A DNA stretch of 48,634 nt, the filler included, from Jimgerdemannia flammicorona (lineage: Eukaryota), in NCBI GenBank assembly GCA_003990765.1. It is 2 parts of 2 records of this genome, joined end to end, with 100 filler letters (N's around TTAATTAATTAA, not from the genome) between each part and the next. Parts side by side here need not be neighbours in the genome. Positions count along the whole stretch, not along the records: positions 1 to 24,273 come from RBNJ01000996.1; 1 more part is not named here. The stretch is one strand, 5' to 3'. The notes below the pieces were generated by a model. The model searched no databases, was not told the DNA's origin, and saw nothing but the letters and a program-made list of their open reading frames with translations. This document shows positions 11,889 to 23,276 of this stretch, piece by piece. The position numbers and the translations under genes were made by a program. Every line of letters starts with the position of its first letter. The first letter of the stretch is position 1.

Positions 11889-12952
11889 GGTGTAGAGGGG
11901 AGATATAGTTTGAGGCGATTGATATATACTGGTGTTCTCAGGGTTCATCCATCCATACTTCTTAAATAGATGCTGGTTCCTCTGATATTGTGTACAAGAT
12001 AAGGTCCTTCCCATTTGGGTTCCAGTTTGGTGGCAAAATTCATTTCAATCATGCTTCTCCAAACTAGTACTTGATATCCAATCTTGATCTCCTGATCCTT
12101 CTGTTTTTGGTTATAGTACTTCTTTTGTCTTTCTTGGGCTTTGATAATTTGTCCTCGGGCTTGATTACATAACTGTTCTGTCTTTTTGAGGAGATCTCCA
12201 AGATTCTCATGGTCAGCAGTTCTGGTTCTCTTGGCAAACATCATTTCAAATGGCTTTTGTTTGGTGGAAGCAGCAGGGGTATTCCGAATTTCCCATAGGA
12301 TTTCAGGTAAGCAGAGGTCCCAATTGGTAGGATTGACTCGGGCAAGTTCTTTCTTGATGGTCTGATTCATCCTTTCTGTCATGCCATTGGTCTGAGGGTG
12401 GTATGATGTGGTCTGTTTGAGGTGGATTTTGTGAATTCGGGAATAACTTGTGATTATGTTATTGATGAATTCTGTGCCTCGGTCAGAGATAACTTCTTCT
12501 GGGGGTCCATATCTGAGTGTGAGTCTATGGAGGAGGCCTACAATGGTTAAGGCATCTGCAATTTCCATTGGAAAAGCCTCAGGCCACTTGGTCAGATGTT
12601 CTACAAATACAAGGATGTATTTGCTTCTTCTTGGTGTAACTAGTAGAGGTCCAATTACATCTACTCCCCATCTCTGAAAGATGTGAGTGGGTGGGGGAAT
12701 TGGCTGCAAGGGGGCTTGATAGTTCTCCTTTCCTTGATACTTCTGGCAAGTGTCACATTTCTGGATGATGTCTCGGACTTGAGTTCTGAGGTGAGGCCAG
12801 TGTTGATACAGTTTTCGAATCTTATCTTCTGTACTTATCTGTCCTTGATGGGCTTTCTGATGTTCTTTTCGAATGAGATCTTCTTGTGTCTTGATGGTCT
12901 GAGGAGCTTCTTTTAGGGTGTAGTTCCTTGGGACACCCTTCTTCTGGTTCAT
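11885..12952 (-). pseudogene. Integrase as a separate ORF (HHCC, DDE, GPY/F), one premature TGA at 11947-11945
   Basis: H..H...C..C, WGVDVIGP, ISDRGTEF, PQTNGMTERMN, KWEGPY; frame continues past the TGA as TLRTPVYINRLKLYLPSTP*. Confidence 0.92.
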
Positions 12953-14379
12953 TGGGGCTGGCGGGAAAGTACATCAACATTGTTGTAAGCTTTCCCTGCT
13001 TTGTGGATGATGGTGATTTTGTAATCCTGAAGGATAAGGATCCAGCAGGCTAGGATTCCGGTGGGTTCCTTATTGTTGAATAACCATTTGAGGGCTGCAT
13101 GGTCTGTGATCAGAGTGAACCTTTTTCCAATGAGGTAATGTTTGAACAGAGTGACCGCCCATATGACTGCAAGGCATTCCAGTTTGGTGCTACCATAGTT
13201 GGTCTGCTGCTGATTGGTAGCTCTGCTTGCATAAGCTATCATATGGTGCTGTTGATCAGGTCCTTCTTGGGCTAGAACTGCTCCAAGGCCATCTTTAGAA
13301 GCATCTGTATACAAAATGAATGGCTTCTGTAGATTGGGGCGCACAAGGATTGGTACTGTAGTCATACAGTTCTTGAGTTCTTTGAAGGCTTTTTCCTGTG
13401 ACTCTGTCCATTTGAATGGCACTCCTTTCTTGAGAAGGATTCGGATTGGGGCAGCGATTTGGGCAAAGTCCTTGATGAACCTTCTGTAGTAGGATACTAG
13501 CATCAGAAATGATAGTGTTTCCTTTGGAGTCTTGGGTACTGGCCAATTGTTGATCTTCTCGGTTTTCTTTGGGTCTGCATGGGTTCCTTCTTTTGAAACT
13601 ATGAATCCAAGAAATTCGAGTTTCTGTTTCTCAAAGTAGTATTTCTTTGCATTTAGTCTCAAGTGGTTTTTGCAGGTGAGCTTGAAGAATTCCTCTAGGT
13701 GGTGCAGGTGTTCTTCGAAATTTGCTGAATAGATGTTGGAATCATCCATGTATACAATCAGGCAGTGGTGGATCAAAGGGGCATAGACTGAATTCATCAT
13801 CCTCTGGAAGGTGGGGGGTGCATTGCAAAGTCCAAAGGGCATTTGGAGGTACTCAAACAGTTTTCCTAGAGCAAGGAAGGCTGTCTTTTGAATGTCTTTG
13901 GGGTCCATGGGGATCTCTTGAAATCCTGCGAAAAGGTCCATACTGCTGAAGTATCTGGCATCTTGTAGCTGATCCAAAAGGTCATCGATTCTGGGCAAAG
14001 GATAGGTATCCTTTTCGGTGACTGAATTGAGTTTTCTGTAATCCACACAGAGTCTCCATCCTCCTTTCTTTGGTACAATAAGTATAGGGCTAGCCCAGGG
14101 GCTGGTAGAGGGTTGGATAACTCCATTGTCTAAGAGTTCTTGAATGTGCTCCTTTTCAAATGTTTTCAAGTGATGGGGTATTCTATAGGGTTTCTGCCGA
14201 ATGGGTGTTGCATTTCCTGTATTTATGCTGTAGTGGTATGATGGATTGTATGGCAGGTTGCCATAATCAGTGGTGAAGATATCTTGATATTTGTTGAGTA
14301 ATTCTACTAGTTGTTGCTGTTGTTGAGGTGTCAATTCTTCTCCAATGTTGGTGGAAGGCTTCACTGTCTCCTGGGTCAC
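12949..14379 (-). CDS. pol: Reverse transcriptase-RNase H of the gypsy element
   Basis: RLCVDYRKLN, MPFGLCNAP, VYMDD, LYTDASKDGLGAVL, TDHAAL, DVLSR; 476-aa open frame. Confidence 0.95.
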   Translation of the reverse strand: MTQETVKPSTNIGEELTPQQQQQLVELLNKYQDIFTTDYGNLPYNPSYHYSINTGNATPIRQKPYRIPHHLKTFEKEHIQELLDNGVIQPSTSPWASPILIVPKKGGWRLCVDYRKLNSVTEKDTYPLPRIDDLLDQLQDARYFSSMDLFAGFQEIPMDPKDIQKTAFLALGKLFEYLQMPFGLCNAPPTFQRMMNSVYAPLIHHCLIVYMDDSNIYSANFEEHLHHLEEFFKLTCKNHLRLNAKKYYFEKQKLEFLGFIVSKEGTHADPKKTEKINNWPVPKTPKETLSFLMLVSYYRRFIKDFAQIAAPIRILLKKGVPFKWTESQEKAFKELKNCMTTVPILVRPNLQKPFILYTDASKDGLGAVLAQEGPDQQHHMIAYASRATNQQQTNYGSTKLECLAVIWAVTLFKHYLIGKRFTLITDHAALKWLFNNKEPTGILACWILILQDYKITIIHKAGKAYNNVDVLSRQPQ

Positions 14380-14770
14380 AGAAGGGTCTTTCCTTTCTTC
14401 TGGGACCTTTTGCCGTTTCCCGATAGGTTTAGTTCATAAACTTCTCTATGAGTTCAGTTGAGAAAAGGCACCAGATGTCCTATGATGGTTCCTTTCAGCA
14501 AGATGAGGGTCTCCTAACTTTGGTTGGTTCCTCGGGAGTGTACTGGATTCATCTTATCAGGGAATGTGTGTCCCTCTATGTCCAGGTGTGGGATATCTTC
14601 CTTGGGTTCAAAGAAGAGATTTCTGGGGTCGGGTGGTGCAAAGATTTCGAAGGTAGTTTGTTCTCTGGGCTCCAGGATGAGATTCTTGTGCAGTCTGACT
14701 GGTTGCTGGTACACTTGCTGGGGAACATTCCTCTTGAGATGGTTGACTTGAAGGAGATGTACTCCTTTCT

Positions 14771-15170
14771 ATCTGAACTTCCAAATCCCTTGGCTTGTCT
14801 TGTTCCTTCAGTTAGTCCAGAGACTTCCTGTAACTATGGGGTCTTGACCTTCATGAAGACTGCTTGGGTAATCTTCTGTCCTCTAATGATTTGGTGCCAT
14901 TCTGTAGTTATGTAGGATAACCTTGATTTCGCCTGTGTATCCAGGGTCAATGGTTCCTCCTTCTACAGTTATCCCTTGTCTGGAAAGTCCAGACCTTGAG
15001 GTCAGTTGAATATAAGCTCCTAGGGGTGGCTGCATGGCTAATCCAGTTCTAACCATGAAGGTTTTTCCAGGTTTGATGGATTCATCCTCCAGGCTGTGAA
15101 GATCATATCCTACATCCTCTAGGTGGGCTTTGGTCGGGGGTTTGGCCTTGGGGTGCAGCAGGACATACTG
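14771..15170 (-). pseudogene. dUTPase between protease and RT (frameshifted near C-terminus)
   Basis: DVGYDL, TSRSGLS, GGTIDPGYTGEIKV, then ITQAVF and TRQAKGFGSS in other frames. Confidence 0.93.
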
Positions 15171-16529
15171 GGCAATATCCTTGCTGAGTTCAGGCTTTCC
15201 TAGGGCTGAAGCTCCACTAGTAGAAAGCCTCCAAGCTCTAAGGTTGAGGTGTGGCCATCTGGCTCCAGTAGAGGGGTCTCGAAGGTAGTTGATTCCCCTT
15301 ATTCCTGTAGGGTCAAGGGCTTCCATGAAGTTGGTGGCATCTTCTGCCCATTCTTGGCGGGTTGCATGTCTGATAAGAGCTAGGATGTCTTCTCCCAAAT
15401 CATAGATCTTGAGGATTCTTCTTCCTGGCTTCTTGGTCTGGCTTTTTTTTATCTGGCTTTTTCAAATCTGGCTTCAGTTGTCTCCTTTCTTCAAAGTGTG
15501 CACTGCAACATCATGACTGAGGTGAATCTTCTGATGTCTGCAGTCTCGGCAGTCAGGGTGTCTCCCATGGTTGCAATATCCCATTGCCCGAAAATGATGT
15601 TCCCGGCTATGTATCTCTTGTTGTCTTGAGAATTGGTACCCATCTTGATCATAGGTTGGGGGAAGGGTAGACAAGGGGTATATTTCTGTTCGGGTGAAGA
15701 AGCCTTGCCCCCTAAATCAACTTTGTAACCTTGTAGTGACCTCTTGGAAGGTGGTGGACTGTGCAAGAGTAGTTGGGGGTTCTGGTCTCTGGGGTCTCTG
15801 TCTTTCTTGTTGGTCCAACAGATGACACTGATAGCAGTAGTCTCAGGGAGAGTGGAAGACCATTTGGTGTAGACATCTTCCTAGCTAAAAAGCTTTCTCT
15901 TGGTGGGTTTCTTTCTTGGGAATAATGGTGATGGTACTGGGTCCTTCCTCTGTATTCCAGGGGTCATTGTCTTTGAGTGGTGTCCAGTGAGGGTCATCCC
16001 AGGAGATGAGTTCAGGGACTTCTTCTTCATCAGGCACTTCTTGTTCAGGAACTTCTTGGTCAGAAGTTTCTTCTTCCTCAGATGATTCTTGACCCCAAAT
16101 CGCTTGTACTTCTGCAGCTTCAGTTGCAGGTGTTTCTGGAACATATCTGCATTTCTTCTTCTTCCTTCTGCACTCTGGGCAGGCTGTGCCAGGCGATTTC
16201 CTTATTCCCATGATCTTGGAGGAGTGCTCAGGACACTTGTGTCTCTTGAGGCACATAGGGCAACCTTTGATTTCTCCTGTAATGGCTCCAATGGTGATAG
16301 GGATGGTATTCTTGACCCACACATTATCTTCTGGTCTGTCATCCACCAGGTTGATTCGGGGATTGAGTCTAGGGTCATTTCCATCTTCGGATTCTTCTTC
16401 CTCTTCTGTAGTAGACTCCTCACTACTGGCATACTCTTCCTGAATGGTGACCTTCTTCTTCTTCTTTGATTGCTCATAACTGGTCACCTTAACTCTATAC
16501 TTCTTGCCTCGGTAGTCAAACTTGAGTAC

Positions 16530-16850
16530 TTGTTGGCCAATATCAACGACTGCATTCATTTCCTTCATCCAATTGGTGCCAAGAATCATGTCATAGGTGA
16601 CAGCTTCGGTGACAACAGGTTTTGGGATAGAGAACTGAATGTGTCCAAGAGAGATGGTGATATTTCGTACTTCTCTAAGGGGTTGAGTTCGGGCCCCATC
16701 TGCTACTATGATGCTGAGGTTGGATGGTCCATCAATGGGCCATTGGAGGGTGTCTAAGAATCATTTGGCAATGACACAGACAGCTGCTCCTGTGTCTATG
16801 AGGATTTTTGCTTTTTGTCCTCCAATATCTCCATATAAGTAGGTGCTGAC
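16530..16850 (-). pseudogene. Retropepsin aspartic protease
   Basis: ILIDTGAAVCVI and MILGTNWM motifs. Confidence 0.9.
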
Positions 16851-17289
16851 ATGTCTTTCAGCTGCTTGGACAGGAATGGAAGCTGGTTCTTGCTGTGGGA
16901 TTGGAACTCGGCCTGTGCTAGACCTGGTGGTTCTCAGCAGTTTGTTTCGGACTCCAGCTGGTGTCAGTTGCAAGAACTGTAGCAGAGGGACTTCCATTTT
17001 GGCTTCTTGAATTTTCTGCCAGGCTTCATTGTAAATATCTCTAGGCATGGTCTTTGGAGAATACTTTTTCTTGGGTTTTGGGGGTATAGGTTTCTGTTCT
17101 TCTTGTTCCATTTCTTCATCTTCTGGTGGCAGCTCATTTGTTTCAGGCACAAATGGTGAGGGAGTTCGGGGAGGTGTTTCTACCTGTTCCTCCTCATGCT
17201 CTTCGTCTTCTTCCTGAATCATTCTTCTGCTGACATTTCTGGATGGCCTTCCCACAGGTCTCTTTCTTTTCTCTGCTGGGTAGACTGTT

Positions 17290-18890
17290 TTTCAGGTGGT
17301 AACCTTGGTAGGGTACAGGTCTAGGTCACTGTAATCTTCGCTATTGCTTGCTTCCTCGAAATCTTCGACAGGATGGGCTTCAGTCTTCTTGTACTGAGTG
17401 TCATTCCTTCAGTTGGGTGGTTCTGAGTTCCTTCGGTCACTTCTTTTGTTGTCACATTCAGTGGCATAGTGTCCAAATTGTCCACAATAGAAGTATTGGA
17501 CTTGGGTTCTGTCTCGGACAGGATATCTTCTTTCTTCTTGCTGGTAACTCCTGTTATCTCTTGGTGGATAACCTTGGCTCCTCTGTGATGGGTATCCTCT
17601 GTTGTCTTGGTGGCTCTGATTGTCACGTGTAGTGAGTTTTTCAATCTGTCCAACCAATCGGTCCAACTTAGAGCTGAGGTCTTAGATTTCGCTTCTATCC
17701 TTCTTTCCTTCTTTGGCTGGCCTTCTTTCTTCAGATCTTTCTTGTCCTTGAAGGAGTCCTTGTAGGGCTTTGACCAGGATGTCTTCCTTCTCTTCTTTTC
17801 TGTCATGATCACTCCAGGTAGTTCCTTATCTGACATCAGAGTATTCTTGGGCTGCATCTACTTATTCCTCGGACCTTCTGATGCCTAGGGTGTGGACATA
17901 GTGAGCAATATTTGGGGGAATTCCATTCATGAAGGTCATTGGACCTATGATGTCTTGGTTGGTGGCATTGAACCTGGCAGAATGCATTCTCTTCTGGATT
18001 CTTGTGAAGAAGGCTCTGGGTGATTCTCCGAGATTCATCTTCATCCCCATGATGGATTCTTGAGCCTTGTGGTGGGTTTCATTTCCTACATACTTTTTGA
18101 TGAGTCAGTGGACCATGGCCTCATATTCTAGCTCATCAGAAAATACTGCTTGTATCTGTCTTGCCAGTTCTGTATCTGGGTTGTTTGCTGTTCAGTGGAA
18201 AATTCCTCGGACTGGTTCCCTGAGCTGAGCTTTATAGATGGCGATTTTTCTTTCATCTGAGAGATTTCTCAAGGCTGCAATTCCTTCAATTCCATCAAGG
18301 AATTCTCTGGGGTCTTCCTCTGGGTATCCTGCAAAGGTTGGCAATGAAGTGGCCATTTCTTCGTCACTTTCTTCTGATTCTGGTTTGGGTTCGGATTCAG
18401 ATTCTGATTCACTTTCTGAGCTGTCACTAGAGATGGGGGTGCTTGGGTATCTTGAGGATGGTGTTCTGGCCCTTGGATGGAGTAGAATAGGCCTAGGTAT
18501 TCTTGTAGGAACTACTTCCAGTTCTGCAAGGGGTTGTGGTAGGGGTTCTATTGGTGAAATTGGTGGGACTGGTGTGGGGTGTCTGGCTGTAAAGTATTGG
18601 GTTCATGTGATAAGATCTTCTAATTTTTGTGCAAGTTCTCCAAAATCTCTAGCAGGGCTGTCTGTATTGTCCAGTTGATCTGGTTGGGGATTTTGGGCTG
18701 TACTGCCTTCTGGTTCTGGTTGGGATCCTTCTGATGCTGGGTAATTGGCAAGTCTTGATGTAATTACTTCTCTTCCTGTCCAAATGCTGGTGATAACTGG
18801 TTCTTCTGTAGTAGCAGAGATTGGTGTTGGATCAAATGTATCCAGTTTGACTGTGGGTTCTTGTGAGCTGAAAAGTCATGTCAATTTTGA
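17290..18890 (-). pseudogene. gag: gag with CCHC knuckle remnant
   Basis: LPTFAGYPEEDPREFL, FMNGIPP, QYFYCGQFGHYATEC (first C mutated to Y); collinear with 46970-48349. Confidence 0.85.
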
Positions 18891-18894
18891 AATC

Positions 18895-18912
18895 TTCCCA
18901 GTTGAGCCCCCA
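18895..18912 (-). promoter_or_regulatory. Primer binding site, tRNA-Pro-like
   Basis: TGGGGGCTCAACTGGGAA, 2 nt inside the 5' LTR end; resembles the tRNA-Pro PBS TGGGGGCTCGTCCGGGAT. Confidence 0.85.
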
Positions 18913-18914
18913 AA

Positions 18915-20141
18915 TGTAACGTGCCGGCTCAATGGAGGCAAATTACAAGGTTGGGGGTTGATGTAGTTTGGCTTGAGCCCCCAGTTACTTTGTCAAAAAG
19001 CAACAAAATGTTCTAAGATTCCTGAGGTCCTTGGTGTTTAGTGGTATAATAGTCAAGCTGGATATCTGCGAGTGGTTTCCTTATTGGGACGGTTCTCTGG
19101 GTGTAGCAGCGATTTGTGTCTTTCCTTCTTGGGTCAACTGGGAATTGCAGAATTTGTATGTAGCACGAGCGGTTTCCTTCTTGAGTGATGATCTCTGATT
19201 TCTGCGTGACGATCTCTGTGTAGTATGATGATTTCCAAAAGTATGCGATTTCTAGTAGATAGCTCGATTTGGCTCACTGGGAATGTATGGCGTGGATTCT
19301 TCTGTAATGGGCGCACTGGGAACAATGAATAACTCGGATGTCGCAGATTCTTCCTGAATCAGCGGCTTCAACTGGGAATACAGCAGATAACTCAAAAGAT
19401 GGCAGATGACGCAGATTCTCCTGAATCAGTGGGCTTCTTGAAAACGGTGGCTTAACTGGGAATTAACTCGGATGGTGCAGATTCTTCCTGAATCGGACTC
19501 TTCTGGGAATAATAACTCGGGTTCTTGGCAAGTTACGTCAAGACTGGCTTCGTTTGCGTGGAGTTGTGTCGATAGACTGGCTCTACTGCGAAGTTGCATC
19601 AGGGACTGGCTTGTGACAAGGCTCTCTGGGAATGCAGAAACTGGGGTTCTTCAGGCTTATCTGGCAAGTGTACCAATAGCGTGGCTTATTCCTTTAAGCA
19701 GTGGGTTCTTCAAAAGGCAGCAAAGTTCTTTCTTGAACTTGGTGGCAAATCTTCAAGCTTTGTATCGGAAAGTGGACCGGAGTGGGAATAAGGTGACCAA
19801 TTACTCAATCTTTAGAGGCTTCTTTGGTTTGCACTTCAATTCAGACTGAGGTTTATTCACTCTTGTCTCTGGGGTAATTTATACAAGTTGGTTGCTATCT
19901 GATTACTATGTGGCTAACTATAGATCTGCTACTTATGGCAGGTGTACAGAGTCTGTATGGTATACAGGACCTGTACAGTGTACAGAGTCTGTACAGGTAA
20001 ACAGACCCTTTCTGGTATATCTGGCTATTTATACAGTTTCTGCAGCAATGGTTGCTGGTTACTATGCTGTGTGTTCATGTCATCTTGGCTAATTGTTCGC
20101 GTCATCTGGTTAATTTGGGTGGTATATTTCAGTTTGTCACA
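18915..20141 (-). repeat. 5' LTR (1227 bp)
   Basis: TGTAAC...TCACA; direct repeat of 10045-11333. Confidence 0.95.
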
Positions 20142-21969
20142 ATATGTAGATCTAAGGCTAAAGCTATGCTGTATAATGGTATCATCTTGCAGTAATACTT
20201 TAGAAGTTTCATACATACATTCTCAGCAGCAGTAAGCATTATCTATAAAAAATAAAAATATACACATATTACTTCCCAATTACTTACTAAATTAGTTCCT
20301 AAATTCACAAATAAAATTACTTTCAAAATCATATATATACCTGATTAAAATGTTCACCAGTTTGATATATATCGATGACATCTTCAAGATGATCACATAG
20401 CCAATTAAATAGTGGGATAACAGCCACTATTATAGGATACTTTGAAGCTGACATCACAGTTGTCACTTTGGCAAAAGGCTCAAGAAATCAGCAAATCAAT
20501 TCAAATTGTTGCCATGCATCTTCAGATATATCACTCATTTGCTTATCCATGGCACACAATATATCCAAACCCTATTTGGATGTAATATCAATTTATTTAG
20601 TACCAAAATACTTCCAAATTGTATTCCAAAATCTATACAAATAGATTCAAAATCTTACCTTATGAATCTCCAGAGTATGCGCTAACATTTCATATATAGA
20701 ACTCCATCTCATTATAACATCTAAGAGAGGCTTCAAAATGGGAATTCTGGAGAATTTACAGACCTTTGCTAGTTGTGCTTGTCGTTGCACTGAATTTTTG
20801 ATCTTCTTTATCAACTCCCATAGCTTTCCAATGGGCTCGCTAAGAGAACCAAGAGCATCATGAACAATGAGATTCAACACATACCTAAAACAGCATATAT
20901 GAGCAAGCAGATGATAGAGATTCTCAAACAGAGTATTGTTGTTACTGGCATTGTCACACACAACAGCAATGATTTAATTGTCACTAGGCAATAAATCATC
21001 TATTATCAGCTCCAGACTTTTCGCAAGATTGGCACCCATGTGTGTTATTTCACTAATATTTACAAAGTCTAAGATAATGTCATGTATCTTCCAATCACTG
21101 TCAATCCAATGGGCTATTATTCCAAGAAAGGCCTTGATGTTAATATCTGATATCCAACAATCAAGTATAAGTGACACCTTTGACTTGAGCCCTGCTAGCC
21201 TTGCTTTTACTTGAGTCCTCAATAGTTTGAATTCCTTTTGAATAACTCATGAAATCGTATCAGCCGATGGAAGGGCCAGATCAGGGTGTAATATATGAAG
21301 GAGATACTTGAAGCCAGTGTTTTTGATAGTGGAGAATGGCTGATATCTAGTGACAATGAAGTTGGCAATTAATCAACGGAAATTTTCATCACTTAAAGTC
21401 TTGCTAGTGTGTTCCTATTTGTAATAATAAAATTTGATCAATTATTTTTCTAATAACCTCCTAAGTACTTCCTGAATTCCATTCTATCTATACTTACAAT
21501 ATCATCTTTCTTAGACCAGCGAGAATTCTCAGCACGCTGGAGAGGTAAGAGCATGGCATTGTGATGCTTCCAGAGATGTCATTTAAGATTGTTGATATTG
21601 CCATCCTTCGATATATAGCTCCAAGTTATGCAATAGTTGCAACTGATGAGCTTACTTTGTAAATTCTATTTGAATAGAGAGATATGAGACTATATTAGAA
21701 CCTCAACCACTTACAACCAACTACCCACTCTTATGACTGATGAGACCAATCACCCCTATGAATTCAACCATTAGCACAATGTATAAAACTACCTTTGTGG
21801 TATGATTCCACACCTAGCTATCACTAGATTTTGTTTTTATTTTTATTCTTATGCTCGTTGGTGATAATGAACTGGTGGAGATATCTGATATATCCTCTGA
21901 TATATCCTCTGATATATCATCCAACAGTTCCGAGATTTCTCCTAAATGTACTTCTTGATCTTTAGACAT
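20142..21969 (-). pseudogene. hAT transposase, 5' part (BED finger, catalytic core), with introns
   Basis: VWNH..CNYC...NLK*HLWKHH BED finger; SLILDCW, CDNASNN, DVIMRWSSIYEML, KLLKYY...ALALDL; GT-AG introns, e.g. 20243-20340. Confidence 0.92.
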
Positions 21970-22310
21970 TTCGAATGTTTGATGATGGCAGAGACTGGGA
22001 GCTTGAGTAGGAGGCCGAGAGCTGGAAAGTGGCTAGGAAGTGGCGAGCTAGGGAGTGGTGAACTGGGAAATGAGCTGGGGGGGCAGTGAACTAGGGGGCA
22101 GGGAGTTGGGGGGAGGCAGCGAGTGGTGGGAAAAGCCAGGAACTATGGGGCCTGAAATAGGAGTCAGCAAGCTGGGGGGCAGCGAGAGAGAGAGCAGCGA
22201 GGTGGCATGCAATAGTCAATGATTGATTGTGGACAGAGGATGGATGAATAAATACACATGAGTGGTGAACTGGTACCCATCACACAACTGCAAACAGCAA
22301 ACATACTTTG

Positions 22311-22708
22311 GAGATTCAGCGTGTTCTGCATTAAGTAAGGTTTGCAATGACATTTGAACAAGATTTGTGGTGCATTTGAGCGAGATTTGCAGTGAGGTTT
22401 GAGCAAGATTTGCAAGCGAGATTTGCAAGCGAGATTTGCACATAAGATTAAAGCAAGATTTGCATAAGCCAGGCTTTGCAAGCCTTGCACTTGCAAGCCT
22501 GGATAAGCTCAGTCACAAGCTGATATGACATATATATAAGCTGATATCACGTGATATCAGCTATCGGCTGAGCTTGCAAGTGTAAGGCTTGCAAAGCCTG
22601 GCTTATGCAAATCTCACTTGCAAATCTTGCTCGAACCTCACTGCAAATCTTGCTCAAACACACCACAAACCTTGCTCAATTGGGGCTTATGCAGAACCTG
22701 CTGAATCA
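22311..22708. repeat. Long imperfect inverted repeat 1 with perfect 24-bp palindromic core
   Basis: AGATTTGCATAAGCCAGGCTTTGCAAGCCTTGCACTTGCAAGC and outer segments pair with 22571-22708; core AGCTGATATCACGTGATATCAGCT at 22539-22562. Confidence 0.92.
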
Positions 22709-22715
22709 CGCAGAG

Positions 22716-22928
22716 AGAAGTGGAACACAGTGAGGAAAGCTCCAGATTACAAGCATAAGCGTAAGCATAAGCATTAGCATAAGCTTTGCTTTGCTCAGTC
22801 TAACAAACTGATAATAAGCTGATATCACATGATATCAGCTATCAGCTGAGTGGAGCAAAGCTTACGCTTATGTATATGCTTATGCTTATACTTGCAATCT
22901 GGAGCTTTCCTCACTGCATTCCACTCTT
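22716..22928. repeat. Long imperfect inverted repeat 2 with the same palindromic core
   Basis: GTGGAACACAGTGAGGAAAGCTCCAGATT...GCTTTGCT pairs with 22854-22926; core AGCTGATATCACATGATATCAGCT at 22817-22840. Confidence 0.92.
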
Positions 22929-23040
22929 CTTGCATTCCACTCCTCTTGCATTCTACTCCTCTTGCACAACCCTCACGTATTCCTCCACCTCCCTCACTCT
23001 CATTTCTCAGATTGCAAATAATATGCAATTTAGAAATAGG

Positions 23041-23144
23041 TTTCGAAAGAGATTTTGAAGAGATTCCGAAAGAGATTTCAAAGAGATTCAGAAAGAGCTT
23101 CTGAAAGAGATTTCAGAGAGATTCCGAAAGAACTTCTGAAAGAT
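23041..23144. repeat. Tandem repeat of ~11-12 bp (TTCCGAAAGAGA-like)
   Basis: About 9 degenerate copies visible. Confidence 0.8.
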
Positions 23145-23276
23145 GTTATAGCTTTTGAACATTTAAGATATCAAAAGCTTACTTTCACCTCTCGTTCTTT
23201 TCACCTCATCTTTTACTTCACCTCATCCTTTGCTTCACCTTACTTAATTCACTACTATGTTGAGAAAATGTGGATA

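Larger units (their letters stand above)
10045..20141 (-). mobile_element. Full-length Ty3/gypsy LTR retrotransposon (10,097 bp) with dUTPase and extra 3' ORF
   Basis: Two TG...CA LTRs, PBS, gag CCHC remnant, PR, dUTPase, RT-RH, IN; 4-bp TSD ATAC (10041-10044) / ATAT (20142-20145, one CpG transition). Confidence 0.96.

Noticed and set aside
11945..11948. ATGA overlap at the ORF-track integrase stop (MNPENT start)
   Set aside because: The integrase frame continues with a canonical NRLKLY tail, so this TGA, and the ATG it creates, is most likely a CGA>TGA mutation. The natural junction is at 11888-11885.
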